A DNA stretch of 64,000 nt from Bacteroidia bacterium (GCA_030639005.1 DAOWDN010000091.1:15110-79109), one strand, 5' to 3'; shown: positions 1-9,254, counted from the first letter of the stretch. A program made the numbers and translations. The notes: generated from the letters alone by a model not told the origin.

Positions 1-358
1 ATTTCAGGGCAATGTTCAATTCATCAAGCACCACCCCGGGTTCCACCCTTACCCATCGCTCCTTTTCATTGATCTCCAGAATCCTGGTCATGTGCTTCGA
101 CACATCCACCACCATCCCGTTACCAACTACCTGACCTGCAAGGGAGGTCCCGGCAGCTCTGGGGATCAGGGACAAATGATTCTCACGGGCAAACCGGACC
201 AGTTCCCGGATGTCGTTTTCATGTTTGGGATAGACCACCGCCTGTGGATACTCCTTATAATCGGAGGCATCGGTGGAGTACATAATCAGCCTCAGGCGAT
301 CGGTATGCAACTCGCCATCGAGGCGTGCCCTAAGCTCATCAAACTTGCTTTTCTCTAT
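1..358 (-). CDS. FAD-binding oxidoreductase (FAD-linked oxidase, GlcD/YdiJ-like), N-terminal part; gene runs off the left edge
   Basis: Manual minus-strand translation gives (I)EKSKFDELRARLDGELHTDRLRLIMYSTDASDYKEYPQAVVYPKHENDIRELVRFARENHLSLIPRAAGTSLAGQVVGNGMVVDVSKHMTRILEINEKERWVRVEPGVVLDELNIALK. This is a typical FAD_binding_4 N-terminus. It is absent from the ORF track because there is no stop in the window and no ATG. The frame is open from 433. The expected start position carries ATA (356-358). Confidence 0.75.
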   Translation of the reverse strand, partial: MEKSKFDELRARLDGELHTDRLRLIMYSTDASDYKEYPQAVVYPKHENDIRELVRFARENHLSLIPRAAGTSLAGQVVGNGMVVDVSKHMTRILEINEKERWVRVEPGVVLDELNIALK

Positions 359-449
359 TTGTGTGGTACTTTTCAGACCAACAAATATAACAGAATCTCC
401 AAAGCCAAAAACCCCCCTCCACAGACTTTCACCTTATGCCTTTCAGCTT

Positions 450-1250
450 TTACCTAAAATCGGTGCTCTCAAAGATCTTATCGGCCGAACCGGCAATAAA
501 ACCACTGAAAATATGACCGTCTCTATCGGGGTACCTCAGGGCAAATTCATAGTAACATCCCGGGATGGTATGTACTCCGTCTGTGAAATTAAGCTCCACC
601 CTGTCGGCCAGGGTACTGGATTGTTCCAGAAGCTGTTCAGGAGTTCCCTTGATCTCACCACCGGAGCTGTTCAGCTGGTATCCACTCTCCTTCAGAAAGC
701 CATTTACTGCTTCGATTCCGTCAAATCCGGTAAGGTAGTTGATGCTTACTGTAAAATGGTTGGCACGGTAGCCAAATGCATACAACCAGGCCGCATATTC
801 CGACTCCTCCCTTAAACGAGTATACACTTCATAACTAATTGATTTGAAAATAGTTCCATGAAAAATAAGTTCAGGTGAAGCAAGCAGCTCTCCCGGAATT
901 GCATCCAGTTGACTCCTGATGGTCCGACGCAGATCCTCCGAAAATTCATTCAGGATCAGTTCGCTGATAAAGACCCGGGGCGACTCAGGTTCTCCCGGCA
1001 GCTCAAAGTGCTTGGCTCTCAACTTCTTTACCTCAAAATAGTACTCTCCGGCAGGGACATACCCGGCCTCAAGAAACGGGCGGGCAATCACATCTATGTT
1101 CACTCTGGGATCGTCGAATGTGCGAAACGCCACATGGTCGTTCACTACCCTTTCTCCAGAGTTTTGAAACAGATCAGATATCTGTCCGGCACTTGGATTC
1201 TCCCCGGAATACTGCTCCCACAACTTTTCAAATATTTCAGCGGATTTCAT
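450..1250 (-). CDS. DUF1338 family protein (2-oxoadipate dioxygenase/decarboxylase HglS / YdcJ-like)
   Basis: 266-aa ORF with an ATG start. It carries VNDHVAFRTFD and a C-terminal ..YYEFALRY.. pattern typical of DUF1338. Confidence 0.7.
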   Translation of the reverse strand: MKSAEIFEKLWEQYSGENPSAGQISDLFQNSGERVVNDHVAFRTFDDPRVNIDVIARPFLEAGYVPAGEYYFEVKKLRAKHFELPGEPESPRVFISELILNEFSEDLRRTIRSQLDAIPGELLASPELIFHGTIFKSISYEVYTRLREESEYAAWLYAFGYRANHFTVSINYLTGFDGIEAVNGFLKESGYQLNSSGGEIKGTPEQLLEQSSTLADRVELNFTDGVHTIPGCYYEFALRYPDRDGHIFSGFIAGSADKIFESTDFR

Positions 1251-1384
1251 AATTCTTTGGTTTTTATTTATTAATAACCATACACATCCAAAAGTGTTGC
1301 AAAAGATGTTTTCTGAAGATTAGACTCTATTTTTTTGACTACCTTTATATCTACAATTTACAAAACATAAATTATTGATAATCA

Positions 1385-2398
1385 ATGAATTTAATTGAGA
1401 AAATAAAGGAAAAGGCTCGCATGGACTGCCAGCGAATCGTGCTTCCGGAAGGCTTTGAAGATCGAACCATTATGGCAGCAGATGCCATCATCAGAGAGAA
1501 ACTGTGCTACATCAAGCTGATTGCAGATCCGGTAGAGCTGGAGAAAAAGGTCCATCAATTCGGTCTGAATAACATCAAAAAAGCCACAGTGATCAATCCC
1601 AAGGACCACCCCAAGAAGCAGGAGTATACCGAACTTCTTTATAAAATCAGGAAGTCCAAGGGCATGACCATGGAGAAGGCAGCTGAACTGGTAGAAGATC
1701 CCCTTTACCTGGGAACCCTGATGATTAAGGCAGGAGATGCTGATGGTGAAGTGGCCGGTGCTGCAAATGCTACCACCGATGTGTTGCGTCCCGCCTTCCA
1801 GATTGTGAAAACCCTGCCGGGCATCAGCGTTGTTTCAGGCGCTTTTATCATGATTCTGCAGGACCACTCGTTCGGGGAAGATGGCGTGATAGTTTTCGCC
1901 GACGGAGCAGTACACCCCGATCCCGATGAGAAACAACTGGCCGAAATTGCTGTTGCCACTGCAGGAACAACGCGTTCCATACTCGGATTTGAACCCCGAA
2001 TTGCCATGGTCAGTTTCTCCACCAAGGGAAGTGCTTCTCATCCCATGGTGGATAAAGTGGTGAATGCCACCAAACTGGCCAAAGAGATGGATCCTACCCT
2101 GATGATCGATGGCGAATTGCAGGCCGATGCTGCACTTATTGAGGCCATTGCCAAAAGCAAGGCGCCGGACAGTCCCATCCAGGGAAATGCCAATGTGATG
2201 ATCTTCCCCGATCTGAACGCAGGTAATACTGCCTATAAACTTGTACAGCGACTGGCCAAGGCCGAAGCAGTCGGACCGGTGCTGCAGGGAATGGCAGCTC
2301 CCATCAATGATCTTTCCAGGGGATGTTCGGTGAGCGATATTGTGAACCTGGTTGCCATTACATCTAACCAGGCCTCGGGATTGAAAAAACAGAAGTAA
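1385..2398 (+). CDS. pta: phosphate acetyltransferase (short form)
   Basis: 337 aa. MNLIEKIKEKAR..RIVLPEGFEDRTI.. and ..INDLSRGCSVSDIVN.. are canonical PTA_PTB features. ackA lies immediately downstream. Confidence 0.9.
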   Translation: MNLIEKIKEKARMDCQRIVLPEGFEDRTIMAADAIIREKLCYIKLIADPVELEKKVHQFGLNNIKKATVINPKDHPKKQEYTELLYKIRKSKGMTMEKAAELVEDPLYLGTLMIKAGDADGEVAGAANATTDVLRPAFQIVKTLPGISVVSGAFIMILQDHSFGEDGVIVFADGAVHPDPDEKQLAEIAVATAGTTRSILGFEPRIAMVSFSTKGSASHPMVDKVVNATKLAKEMDPTLMIDGELQADAALIEAIAKSKAPDSPIQGNANVMIFPDLNAGNTAYKLVQRLAKAEAVGPVLQGMAAPINDLSRGCSVSDIVNLVAITSNQASGLKKQK

Positions 2399-2431
2399 TT
2401 GTAATTATCAAAATTTAACAGACAACTATTC

Positions 2432-3643
2432 ATGGTAATATTAGTATTAAACTGCGGCAGCTCTTCCATTAAGTACCAGTTATTTAACATGGACGAAAAT
2501 GAAGAGTCGGTGATTGCCAAAGGCATAGTGGAAAGGATCGGTTTTACCGATGCGGTGATCTCTCACAAACCTATGGGAAAGAATAAGTACAAGGATGTCA
2601 AACCCATCATGGACCATACCTCCGGAATCAACCTGGTCATGGGAGCACTGGTGGACAAGGACCACGGTGTATTAAAGACCATTGAGGAGATATCTGCTGT
2701 GGGGCACCGCGTGGTACAGGGCGGAGAGAAATATAAGGAGAGCGTGCTGATCACCAAGGAGGTTATCCAGGACATTGAAGCATGCATGGATCTGGCCCCT
2801 CTCCACAACCCGGCCAACCTGAAAGGGATCATTTCGGTGGACGGTCTTCTTCCCGGAATCCCCCAGATCGCTGTATTTGACACCTCTTTCCACCAGAGCA
2901 TGCCTCCACATGCCTTTATGTATGCTATTCCACGTGAGTATTATGAGAAATACGGGGTCCGGAAATACGGATACCACGGCACCAGTCATAAATACGTCTA
3001 CAAGAGAACCAGCAAGATCCTGGGCAGGGATACCCGCGATATGAAGGTGGTTTCGTGTCACCTGGGCAATGGAGCTTCAGTGACCGCCATAGAGCACGGA
3101 AAATCGATGGATACCTCCATGGGGTTTACCCCCGTGGACGGATTGATTATGGGTACCCGCACCGGGGATATCGATCCTGGAGTGTTACTTTTCCTGGCCG
3201 ACAAGGAGCACCTGAGCCTGAAAGGAATCAGCAATATGATCAATAAACGCAGTGGCATGGTCGGTATCTCGGAAATTTCCTCGGATATGCGTGATCTGGA
3301 ACTGGCTTATTATGAAGGAAATGAACGTGCCAACCTGGCACTTACCATGTATGCCTACCGTGTCAAAAAATTTATTGGTGCGTATGCTGCTATTATGAAT
3401 GGCCTCGATTGTGTCATCTTTACCGGGGGGATCGGTGAGAACGATTTCAACATCCGTCGCATGATCCTTCAGAACATGGATTACCTGGGACTCGATTTCG
3501 ATGAAACTGAAAACCATGGGGTGAAAGGAGAGGATAAGATCATCTCCAAGCCCGATTCGCGGGTCACGGCTCTTGTGGTTAAAACCAACGAAGAACAAGT
3601 GATCGCGAGCGACACATATAAAATCCTGGAGAAGTGCTGCTAG
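2432..3643 (+). CDS. ackA: acetate kinase
   Basis: 403 aa. The N-terminus MVILVLNCGSSSIKYQLF and the motifs YGYHGTSH and CHLGNGAS are present. Confidence 0.95.
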   Translation: MVILVLNCGSSSIKYQLFNMDENEESVIAKGIVERIGFTDAVISHKPMGKNKYKDVKPIMDHTSGINLVMGALVDKDHGVLKTIEEISAVGHRVVQGGEKYKESVLITKEVIQDIEACMDLAPLHNPANLKGIISVDGLLPGIPQIAVFDTSFHQSMPPHAFMYAIPREYYEKYGVRKYGYHGTSHKYVYKRTSKILGRDTRDMKVVSCHLGNGASVTAIEHGKSMDTSMGFTPVDGLIMGTRTGDIDPGVLLFLADKEHLSLKGISNMINKRSGMVGISEISSDMRDLELAYYEGNERANLALTMYAYRVKKFIGAYAAIMNGLDCVIFTGGIGENDFNIRRMILQNMDYLGLDFDETENHGVKGEDKIISKPDSRVTALVVKTNEEQVIASDTYKILEKCC

Positions 3644-3673
3644 TCTTTCAAATGTGTTAAAGAACCTACCTGG

Positions 3674-3703
3674 ATACCCGGTTTGCACCGGGTATTTTTT
3701 TTT
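3674..3703 (+). terminator. rho-independent terminator after ackA
   Basis: ATACCCGGT-TTGC-ACCGGGTAT forms a perfect 9-bp stem followed by T9. It separates pta-ackA from ptb-buk. Confidence 0.75.
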
Positions 3704-3730
3704 CTTTGTGGTGAATAAACAAAATTCGAT

Positions 3731-4639
3731 ATGCTGACAGAACTTTCTCAGTTGCGTGACTTGCTGGACAAGAGCCATAAACCAAAAAGACTGGTACTTG
3801 CTGCCTCTGAAGATGCACACTCCCTGAATGCTGTAGTCAATGCAGCCAATCAGAATATCATTCGTCCGGTGCTGGTAGGCGACAAAGAGAAGACTTTCGG
3901 GATGGCTGAGATCCTGAACCTGGATATCAGTAAATATGAGTTTGTGGAGACTGCAAGCCCAAAAGAAGCGGTGCAAACTGCTGTAAAACTGGTTCATGAT
4001 GGTCAGGCCGATGTGCTGATGAAGGGAAAGGTAGGTACTTCCGACATGCTTCACAGTGTGCTGAATAAGGAGTACGGGCTTCGCATCGGCAAACTCCTCT
4101 CCCATTTCGCCTACTTCGAGATTGAGACCTATCACAAGCTTATTGCGGTAACCGATGTGGCCCTGAACATCGCACCCACCCTCACAGAAAAAATCGCTAT
4201 CCTCAACAACGCGGTAAAAGTGCTCAATAACCTGGGCATTGAAATGCCGAAAGTGGCGGTACTCGGTGCCATCGAAAAGGTAAATACCGAAATGGATGCC
4301 ACCCTGGATGCAGCGCTGCTGTCCAAAATGAACCAGCGCGACCAGATCCTCAACTGCATTGTGGACGGTCCCCTGGCATTCGACAATGCCGTCTCCTTTG
4401 AAAGTGCCAAGCACAAAGAGATCAAAAGTGATGTGGCCGGCGATACAGACCTTTTACTTATGCCTGATATTGAAGTGGGAAATGTACTTTATAAATCCAT
4501 GGTTTTCTTTGCCAAGGCTAAAGTGGCCGCCATTATTGTGGGTGCGAAAGTTCCCATTGTACTTACCTCCAGATCCGATTCTGAGCAGGCAAAATTCGAT
4601 TCCATCCTCCTGGCAGCAGTAGCGGCCGATAAACAATAG
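3731..4639 (+). CDS. ptb: phosphate butyryltransferase
   Basis: 302 aa with a PTA_PTB fold (..ADVLMKGKV.., ..VLTSRSDS..). It lies directly upstream of butyrate kinase. Confidence 0.8.
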   Translation: MLTELSQLRDLLDKSHKPKRLVLAASEDAHSLNAVVNAANQNIIRPVLVGDKEKTFGMAEILNLDISKYEFVETASPKEAVQTAVKLVHDGQADVLMKGKVGTSDMLHSVLNKEYGLRIGKLLSHFAYFEIETYHKLIAVTDVALNIAPTLTEKIAILNNAVKVLNNLGIEMPKVAVLGAIEKVNTEMDATLDAALLSKMNQRDQILNCIVDGPLAFDNAVSFESAKHKEIKSDVAGDTDLLLMPDIEVGNVLYKSMVFFAKAKVAAIIVGAKVPIVLTSRSDSEQAKFDSILLAAVAADKQ

Positions 4640-4673
4640 AAAAGCTGAATAAGGGGCTAAAAAGTAGTTTAAT

Positions 4674-5768
4674 ATGGGTGCTGACTATATACTTGTAATC
4701 AATCCGGGTGCAACCTCCACCAAAATTGCGGTCTACCGAAATAACCAATCGGTTTTTTTAAAAAGCATACGCCACGAGAGTGGAGAGCTTGAAACGTTTG
4801 CCCGCACCAGCGATCAGCTCCCCTACCGGCTCAACCTTGTACTTTCAGAAGTAGAGGAGAATCATATTCCCCATGACAAGGTGGGTATGATCATCGCCAG
4901 GGGGGGATTGATCCACCCCATTGAATCGGGTGTTTATGAAGTGAATGAGGTGATGATCAAAGATCTTGAAGAGGGTGTTATGGGCGATCATGCCAGCAAC
5001 CTGGGGGGATTGGTCGCTCACCGGCTGCTGGAAACATTTACCCAGGCCAGGGCCTATATTGCAGACCCGGTAGTGGTGGATGAGATGGATGAAGTGGCCA
5101 GGATCAGCGGTCATCCCGAATTCCGGCGCACCTCCATCTTCCATGCCCTGAATCAGAAATCTGTAGCCAGATCGCATGCCCACTCCATGGGTCTTGAGTA
5201 TGAAGAGATAAACCTGGTGGTGGTCCATATGGGTAGCGGGATTTCAGTGGGCGCACATCAAAAAGGACGGGTGGTTGATGTGAACAATGCTCTCGACGGA
5301 GAGGGACCGTTCGGCCCGGAACGTTCGGGTACCCTGCCTGCAGGAGCCCTGGCCAGGTACTGCTTCCAGGAGGGCAACTCGTGGAATAGAGTCACGAAGA
5401 TGCTGACCGGCGAAGGCGGAATGTTTGCCTACCTGGGCCATAAGGATGCTCAGTTGCTTGAAAAGATGACCGGTGAGGGTGATGCGGAAGCGGGACTGAT
5501 ACAGAATGCCCTGGCCTACCAGGTGAGCAAAGAGATCGGTGCCATGGCTGCTGTGCTCTCCGGCAGCATCGACGGCATCCTGATTACCGGCGGAATGGCA
5601 CATAACCCCGGTCTGACCGGTGCCATCAAGGAGCGGATCGAATTTATGGCCCCGGTGTATATCTACCCGGGCGAGGATGAAATGAGGGCGCTGGCCCACA
5701 ACGGTTCCCTGCTGCTGAGCGGAAAAGTCTCCGTGAAACAGTATATTGGGAAAAAATCCGGAAAATGA
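4674..5768 (+). CDS. buk: butyrate kinase
   Basis: 364 aa. The N-terminus ILVINPGATSTKIAVY and the motifs VVHMGSGISVGA and ITGGMAHN are present. Confidence 0.9.
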   Translation: MGADYILVINPGATSTKIAVYRNNQSVFLKSIRHESGELETFARTSDQLPYRLNLVLSEVEENHIPHDKVGMIIARGGLIHPIESGVYEVNEVMIKDLEEGVMGDHASNLGGLVAHRLLETFTQARAYIADPVVVDEMDEVARISGHPEFRRTSIFHALNQKSVARSHAHSMGLEYEEINLVVVHMGSGISVGAHQKGRVVDVNNALDGEGPFGPERSGTLPAGALARYCFQEGNSWNRVTKMLTGEGGMFAYLGHKDAQLLEKMTGEGDAEAGLIQNALAYQVSKEIGAMAAVLSGSIDGILITGGMAHNPGLTGAIKERIEFMAPVYIYPGEDEMRALAHNGSLLLSGKVSVKQYIGKKSGK

Positions 5769-6337
5769 AGAAAGCGATCCTGCTGATCCTCCTTCTTTCA
5801 ACAATTGCAGCATCTTTACATGCACAGGAAGAGATTCCGAGCCGCAAAGGTAAATTTTTCCTGATCCCGGAACTCTGGCTCTCGTTCGGATCCCGGACCT
5901 ATATCGATGTGGCGCCCCTGGTAGGTTACCATGTGAATAATCGCCTTTCTGTAGGACTGGGGCCACACTATATTTTTCAGTCACAAAAGGCCATACCTCC
6001 TTATCCGTCATACCAGACACATGCGTACGGACTCAAAGGATTTGCACGGTTTTCACTGATTACCAATGCCGAAGAGTTTCTTCCCATTAAACTGTTCAGC
6101 GAACTGTTCGTTCATATGGAGTATGAAGGACTGAGCCTGGAGAAGGAACACTATATGCCTCCCTATACCGAAGACGGCAGGTTTGTCTACAGTGGGTTCC
6201 TGGTGGGAGGCGGACTCTCCCAGAGGGTGGGTATGTATAACTCTGTCTCCTTCATGGTCCTGTGGGACATCAATGAATCGACCTCTTCACCCTACTCGAA
6301 CCCGGTTTTCAGAATAGGTTTTAATGCCTACTTTTAA
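5765..6337 (+). CDS. predicted outer-membrane beta-barrel protein of unknown function
   Basis: 190 aa with the signal peptide MKKAILLILLLSTIAASLHAQ, alternating beta-strand-like pattern and a C-terminal ..FNAYF. The start overlaps the buk stop (ATGA). Confidence 0.5.
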   Translation: MKKAILLILLLSTIAASLHAQEEIPSRKGKFFLIPELWLSFGSRTYIDVAPLVGYHVNNRLSVGLGPHYIFQSQKAIPPYPSYQTHAYGLKGFARFSLITNAEEFLPIKLFSELFVHMEYEGLSLEKEHYMPPYTEDGRFVYSGFLVGGGLSQRVGMYNSVSFMVLWDINESTSSPYSNPVFRIGFNAYF

Positions 6338-6345
6338 AAGAACAC

Positions 6346-7632
6346 ATGGAACAGTTAACCTTGTTGAGCTCGCAAGCTCCGTTTTCATCTAATGGCCTGG
6401 TGATCATCGGATCGGTGATCGTAATTATCTCCTACCTGTTCAACCTGGTGGCCAAACGGTACAGCATACCCAGTGTGCTGCTGTTGATTTTCCTTGGCAT
6501 GGGGCTGCACGGTGTGGTATCAGCCACCGGGCTCGAGTCGCCCGACCTGACCCCCATCCTCGAAGTGCTTGGGATCATCGGACTGATCATGATCGTGCTG
6601 GAGGCTTCGCTGGACCTGGAACTGGCCGGTGAAAAAAGAACGCTGATCTCACGCGCCTTCTTTACCGCCCTGGTGAACCTGGCCTTCTCCTCCTTCCTCA
6701 TCGCAGGTGTCATGATGATCTACCTCAAAGTGGACCTCACCACCGGGCTGCTCTATGCCGTTCCGCTCTCCATCATGAGTTCGGCCATCATCATCCCCAG
6801 TGTATCGGCACTTAATAAGGATAAAAGGGAGTTCATGGTCTATGAAAGCACCTTTTCTGATATCCTTGGTATTATGCTGTTCTATTTCCTGATCAGCAGC
6901 ATGGAGACGGAGAGTTTCGGAGAGATGAGTCTGGCGGTACTGCTCAACCTGTCGCTCACCGTATTGGTCTCGCTGGCAGCAAGTTATTTCCTGATCTTTC
7001 TCTTCCAGAAGATCCGCACCGAACTGAAGCTATTCCTGCTGATCGCTGTCCTGATCCTGCTTTACTCGCTCAGTAAGATGTTCCATTTATCCAGTCTCCT
7101 GATCATACTGGTATTCGGACTGATCCTCTCCAACAGGAACATCTTCTTCCCGGGTAAAATGAGGAAGTTTCTGAATGAGGAACACATGGCCACCATCTTC
7201 GACAATTTCAAGATGATTACACTGGAGTCCTCCTTCATTGTCCGCACCTTTTTCTTTGTGATTTTTGGGTTTACCATCGTATTGGCCAGCCTGCTCGACC
7301 TGAAGGTCTGGCTGGTAAGCATCCTGATCCTGGGCATCCTTTATGGACTGCGGTGGGCATGGTTCCGGCTGGTGATCCGTAAGGATATCTACCCCGCTGT
7401 ATGGATGGCCCCCAGGGGACTGATCACCATCCTGCTCTTCTACTCCATTCCTGAAAACCTGGTGGTGGCGGAGTTCAATACCGGCATCCTGCTACTGGTG
7501 ATTCTCGCCTCCAGCATCATGATGGCTGTATCGCTTATAAAATACAGGAAATCAGGGCCCGGAGAGCCTGAATTGACAATCGCGGAAGCGGTCGAAGAGG
7601 GAGAATACCTCCCTGATTCTGACTCGCCGTGA
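6346..7632 (+). CDS. cation:proton antiporter family membrane protein (Na+/H+ exchanger-like)
   Basis: 428 aa, polytopic and hydrophobic throughout. Helix spacing and an acidic C-terminal tail resemble the CPA family. This is a family-level call only. Confidence 0.65.
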   Translation: MEQLTLLSSQAPFSSNGLVIIGSVIVIISYLFNLVAKRYSIPSVLLLIFLGMGLHGVVSATGLESPDLTPILEVLGIIGLIMIVLEASLDLELAGEKRTLISRAFFTALVNLAFSSFLIAGVMMIYLKVDLTTGLLYAVPLSIMSSAIIIPSVSALNKDKREFMVYESTFSDILGIMLFYFLISSMETESFGEMSLAVLLNLSLTVLVSLAASYFLIFLFQKIRTELKLFLLIAVLILLYSLSKMFHLSSLLIILVFGLILSNRNIFFPGKMRKFLNEEHMATIFDNFKMITLESSFIVRTFFFVIFGFTIVLASLLDLKVWLVSILILGILYGLRWAWFRLVIRKDIYPAVWMAPRGLITILLFYSIPENLVVAEFNTGILLLVILASSIMMAVSLIKYRKSGPGEPELTIAEAVEEGEYLPDSDSP

Positions 7633-7734
7633 ACAAGATGATTTAAATTTTTGTTAAATACCCTTTAGCGATTCATTTCCCTTTATTTAAAGAGAAATAA
7701 TTGCTTTATTTGCATCTTCAAAATTTAACAGAAC

Positions 7735-8334
7735 ATGATTGCTGAAAAAAATAATGTAGTATCCATCGTCTATGAACTGAGATCCGGATCAAAAGAGGGC
7801 GAAGTAGTTGAATCTCTGAACAATGAAAATCCCCTCACTTTTCTTTTTGGAACAGGTGGCATGCTGCCGAAATTTGAAGAGAAACTGAGTGGCCTGACCA
7901 ACGGTGACGGTTTTGAATTCCTGCTGGGGTTGGAAGATGCATACGGCCCTGTGGTGGAAAACGCCATTGTGCAAGTTCCCCAAACAGTTTTTGAAGTTGA
8001 AGGGGAAATCGACGAATCCATGATGAAGGTGGGAAACACCGTCCCCATGATGGATGCGGAAGGCAGGCGCCTGAACGGTAAAGTCATTGCCATTGAAGAA
8101 GATGCCGTTAAGATGGATTTTAATCACCCCATGGCCGGAAATGATCTCCATTTCAAGGGCCAGGTGACCGACGTTCGCAATGCCACCGATGAGGAGCTTA
8201 CTCACGGTCATGTACACGCTGCCGGAGGTTGCGGATGCGGTAGTAGTGAAAGCGGCGAATGCAACGACGGCAACTGCGACGACGATTCCTGGAAGAGCGA
8301 AGGAGAAGGCGGAAGTTGCGGCTGCGGTTGCTAA
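7735..8334 (+). CDS. slyD: FKBP-type peptidyl-prolyl isomerase, SlyD-like, with Cys/Gly/Asp-rich C-terminal tail
   Basis: 199 aa. VVSIVYELR.., LTFLFGTGGMLPKFEEKL, and NHPMAGNDLHFKGQVTDVRNATDEEL match the SlyD core. The tail is HGHVHAAGGCGCGSSESGECNDGNCDDD..GGSCGCGC. Confidence 0.8.
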   Translation: MIAEKNNVVSIVYELRSGSKEGEVVESLNNENPLTFLFGTGGMLPKFEEKLSGLTNGDGFEFLLGLEDAYGPVVENAIVQVPQTVFEVEGEIDESMMKVGNTVPMMDAEGRRLNGKVIAIEEDAVKMDFNHPMAGNDLHFKGQVTDVRNATDEELTHGHVHAAGGCGCGSSESGECNDGNCDDDSWKSEGEGGSCGCGC

Positions 8335-8349
8335 TCCACCTTTGATCTT

Positions 8350-9126
8350 CTATTTCATTTCAAACAGGTCTGCATCTTTCCAGACCGGGAACTTCTCCCT
8401 GTAATCCCTGAGTTTATCCAGATCCAGTGTAGATGTTTGTATACCGGGTTGTTTGTCCATTTTACGCATGATGCTGCCCATGGGATCAATGGCACAGGTT
8501 CCCCCTGTATGCACAGTTCCCAGGCCATCAATACCCGCCCGGTTGACCCCGAGAAAATAGCACTGGTTCTCAATGGCCCGTGCCCGGGTAAGCACCTCCC
8601 ACACCTGCTGTCGTGGAGCCGGCCAGTTGGCCACATTCAGAAGCACATCATAATCCCCCCTGTTCCTATAGAATACCGGAAACCTCAGGTCGTAACAGAT
8701 CTGTGGCAAAATCCTGAACTCGCCCAGGGTAAATACCTCTCTGGAACCACCGGGTATAAAGTGCTCATTCTCACGCCCCAGCCGAAACAGGTGGCGCTTG
8801 TCATAGTGCCCCTCCACTCCGTGGGGTGAAACCCAGTATAGCCTGTTGTAGATATTTTGGCCGTCACGTACGATGAGGCTGCCTGTAATGTATATTTCCT
8901 TCTCCCTGGCGATCTTCTGCATCCAGGCCAGCGCCTTCCCGTTCTCTCCTTCGGCATACTTTTCCGACTGCATGGTGAACCCCGTTGAAAAAGTCTCAGG
9001 CAATGCCACCAGGTCCGTACCATCAGGCACTTCCTCCAGCATCCGGACCATCAGTTCCAGGTTGGCATCAATCTCTTCCCAGACCAGATCGGCCTGAACC
9101 AGGCACACATTTAACTGCTTCTTCAT
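8350..9126 (-). CDS. carbon-nitrogen hydrolase family amidohydrolase (omega-amidase/YafV-like)
   Basis: 258 aa. ..VALPETFSTGF.., ..YDKRHLF.. and ..ICYDLRFP.. supply the Glu-Lys-Cys catalytic context of the nitrilase superfamily. Confidence 0.8.
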   Translation of the reverse strand: MKKQLNVCLVQADLVWEEIDANLELMVRMLEEVPDGTDLVALPETFSTGFTMQSEKYAEGENGKALAWMQKIAREKEIYITGSLIVRDGQNIYNRLYWVSPHGVEGHYDKRHLFRLGRENEHFIPGGSREVFTLGEFRILPQICYDLRFPVFYRNRGDYDVLLNVANWPAPRQQVWEVLTRARAIENQCYFLGVNRAGIDGLGTVHTGGTCAIDPMGSIMRKMDKQPGIQTSTLDLDKLRDYREKFPVWKDADLFEMK

Positions 9127-9209
9127 TACATTGTTTTAAACTCCCGCAAAGCTAAGTGCTTTCGGTTAATGATGCAATTATCAATCTGTTGTTGTATAAT
9201 ATTTCATTT

Positions 9210-9227
9210 ACATTAACTTAACATTAA
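9210..9227 (+). promoter_or_regulatory. candidate response-regulator operator (Pho-box-like direct repeat ACATTAA-CTTA-ACATTAA)
   Basis: Two identical 7-mers with 11-bp periodicity sit 61 bp upstream of the PiT start codon. A near-identical copy is at 12367-12384. Confidence 0.45.
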
Positions 9228-9254
9228 ATTAATATAGTGCGTCTCATTAAACCC

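Noticed and set aside
3185-4414. 409-aa minus-strand ORF spanning the ackA 3' end, the terminator and ptb
   Set aside because: It is antisense to two confidently identified genes and crosses an intergenic terminator. The translation is compositionally odd (rich in H, F, I, Q) and has no recognisable motif. It is a typical shadow ORF.
5244-6020. 258-aa minus-strand ORF antisense to buk and the OMP gene
   Set aside because: It is a shadow ORF opposite strongly supported genes, with an Arg/Gly/Ser-rich translation. The same reasoning rejects 12729-13382(-), 44177-44806(+), 47345-47962(+), 50900-51619(+), 52778-53380(-), 59231-59803(+), 39075-39602(+), and the many shorter antisense or offset ORFs in the track.
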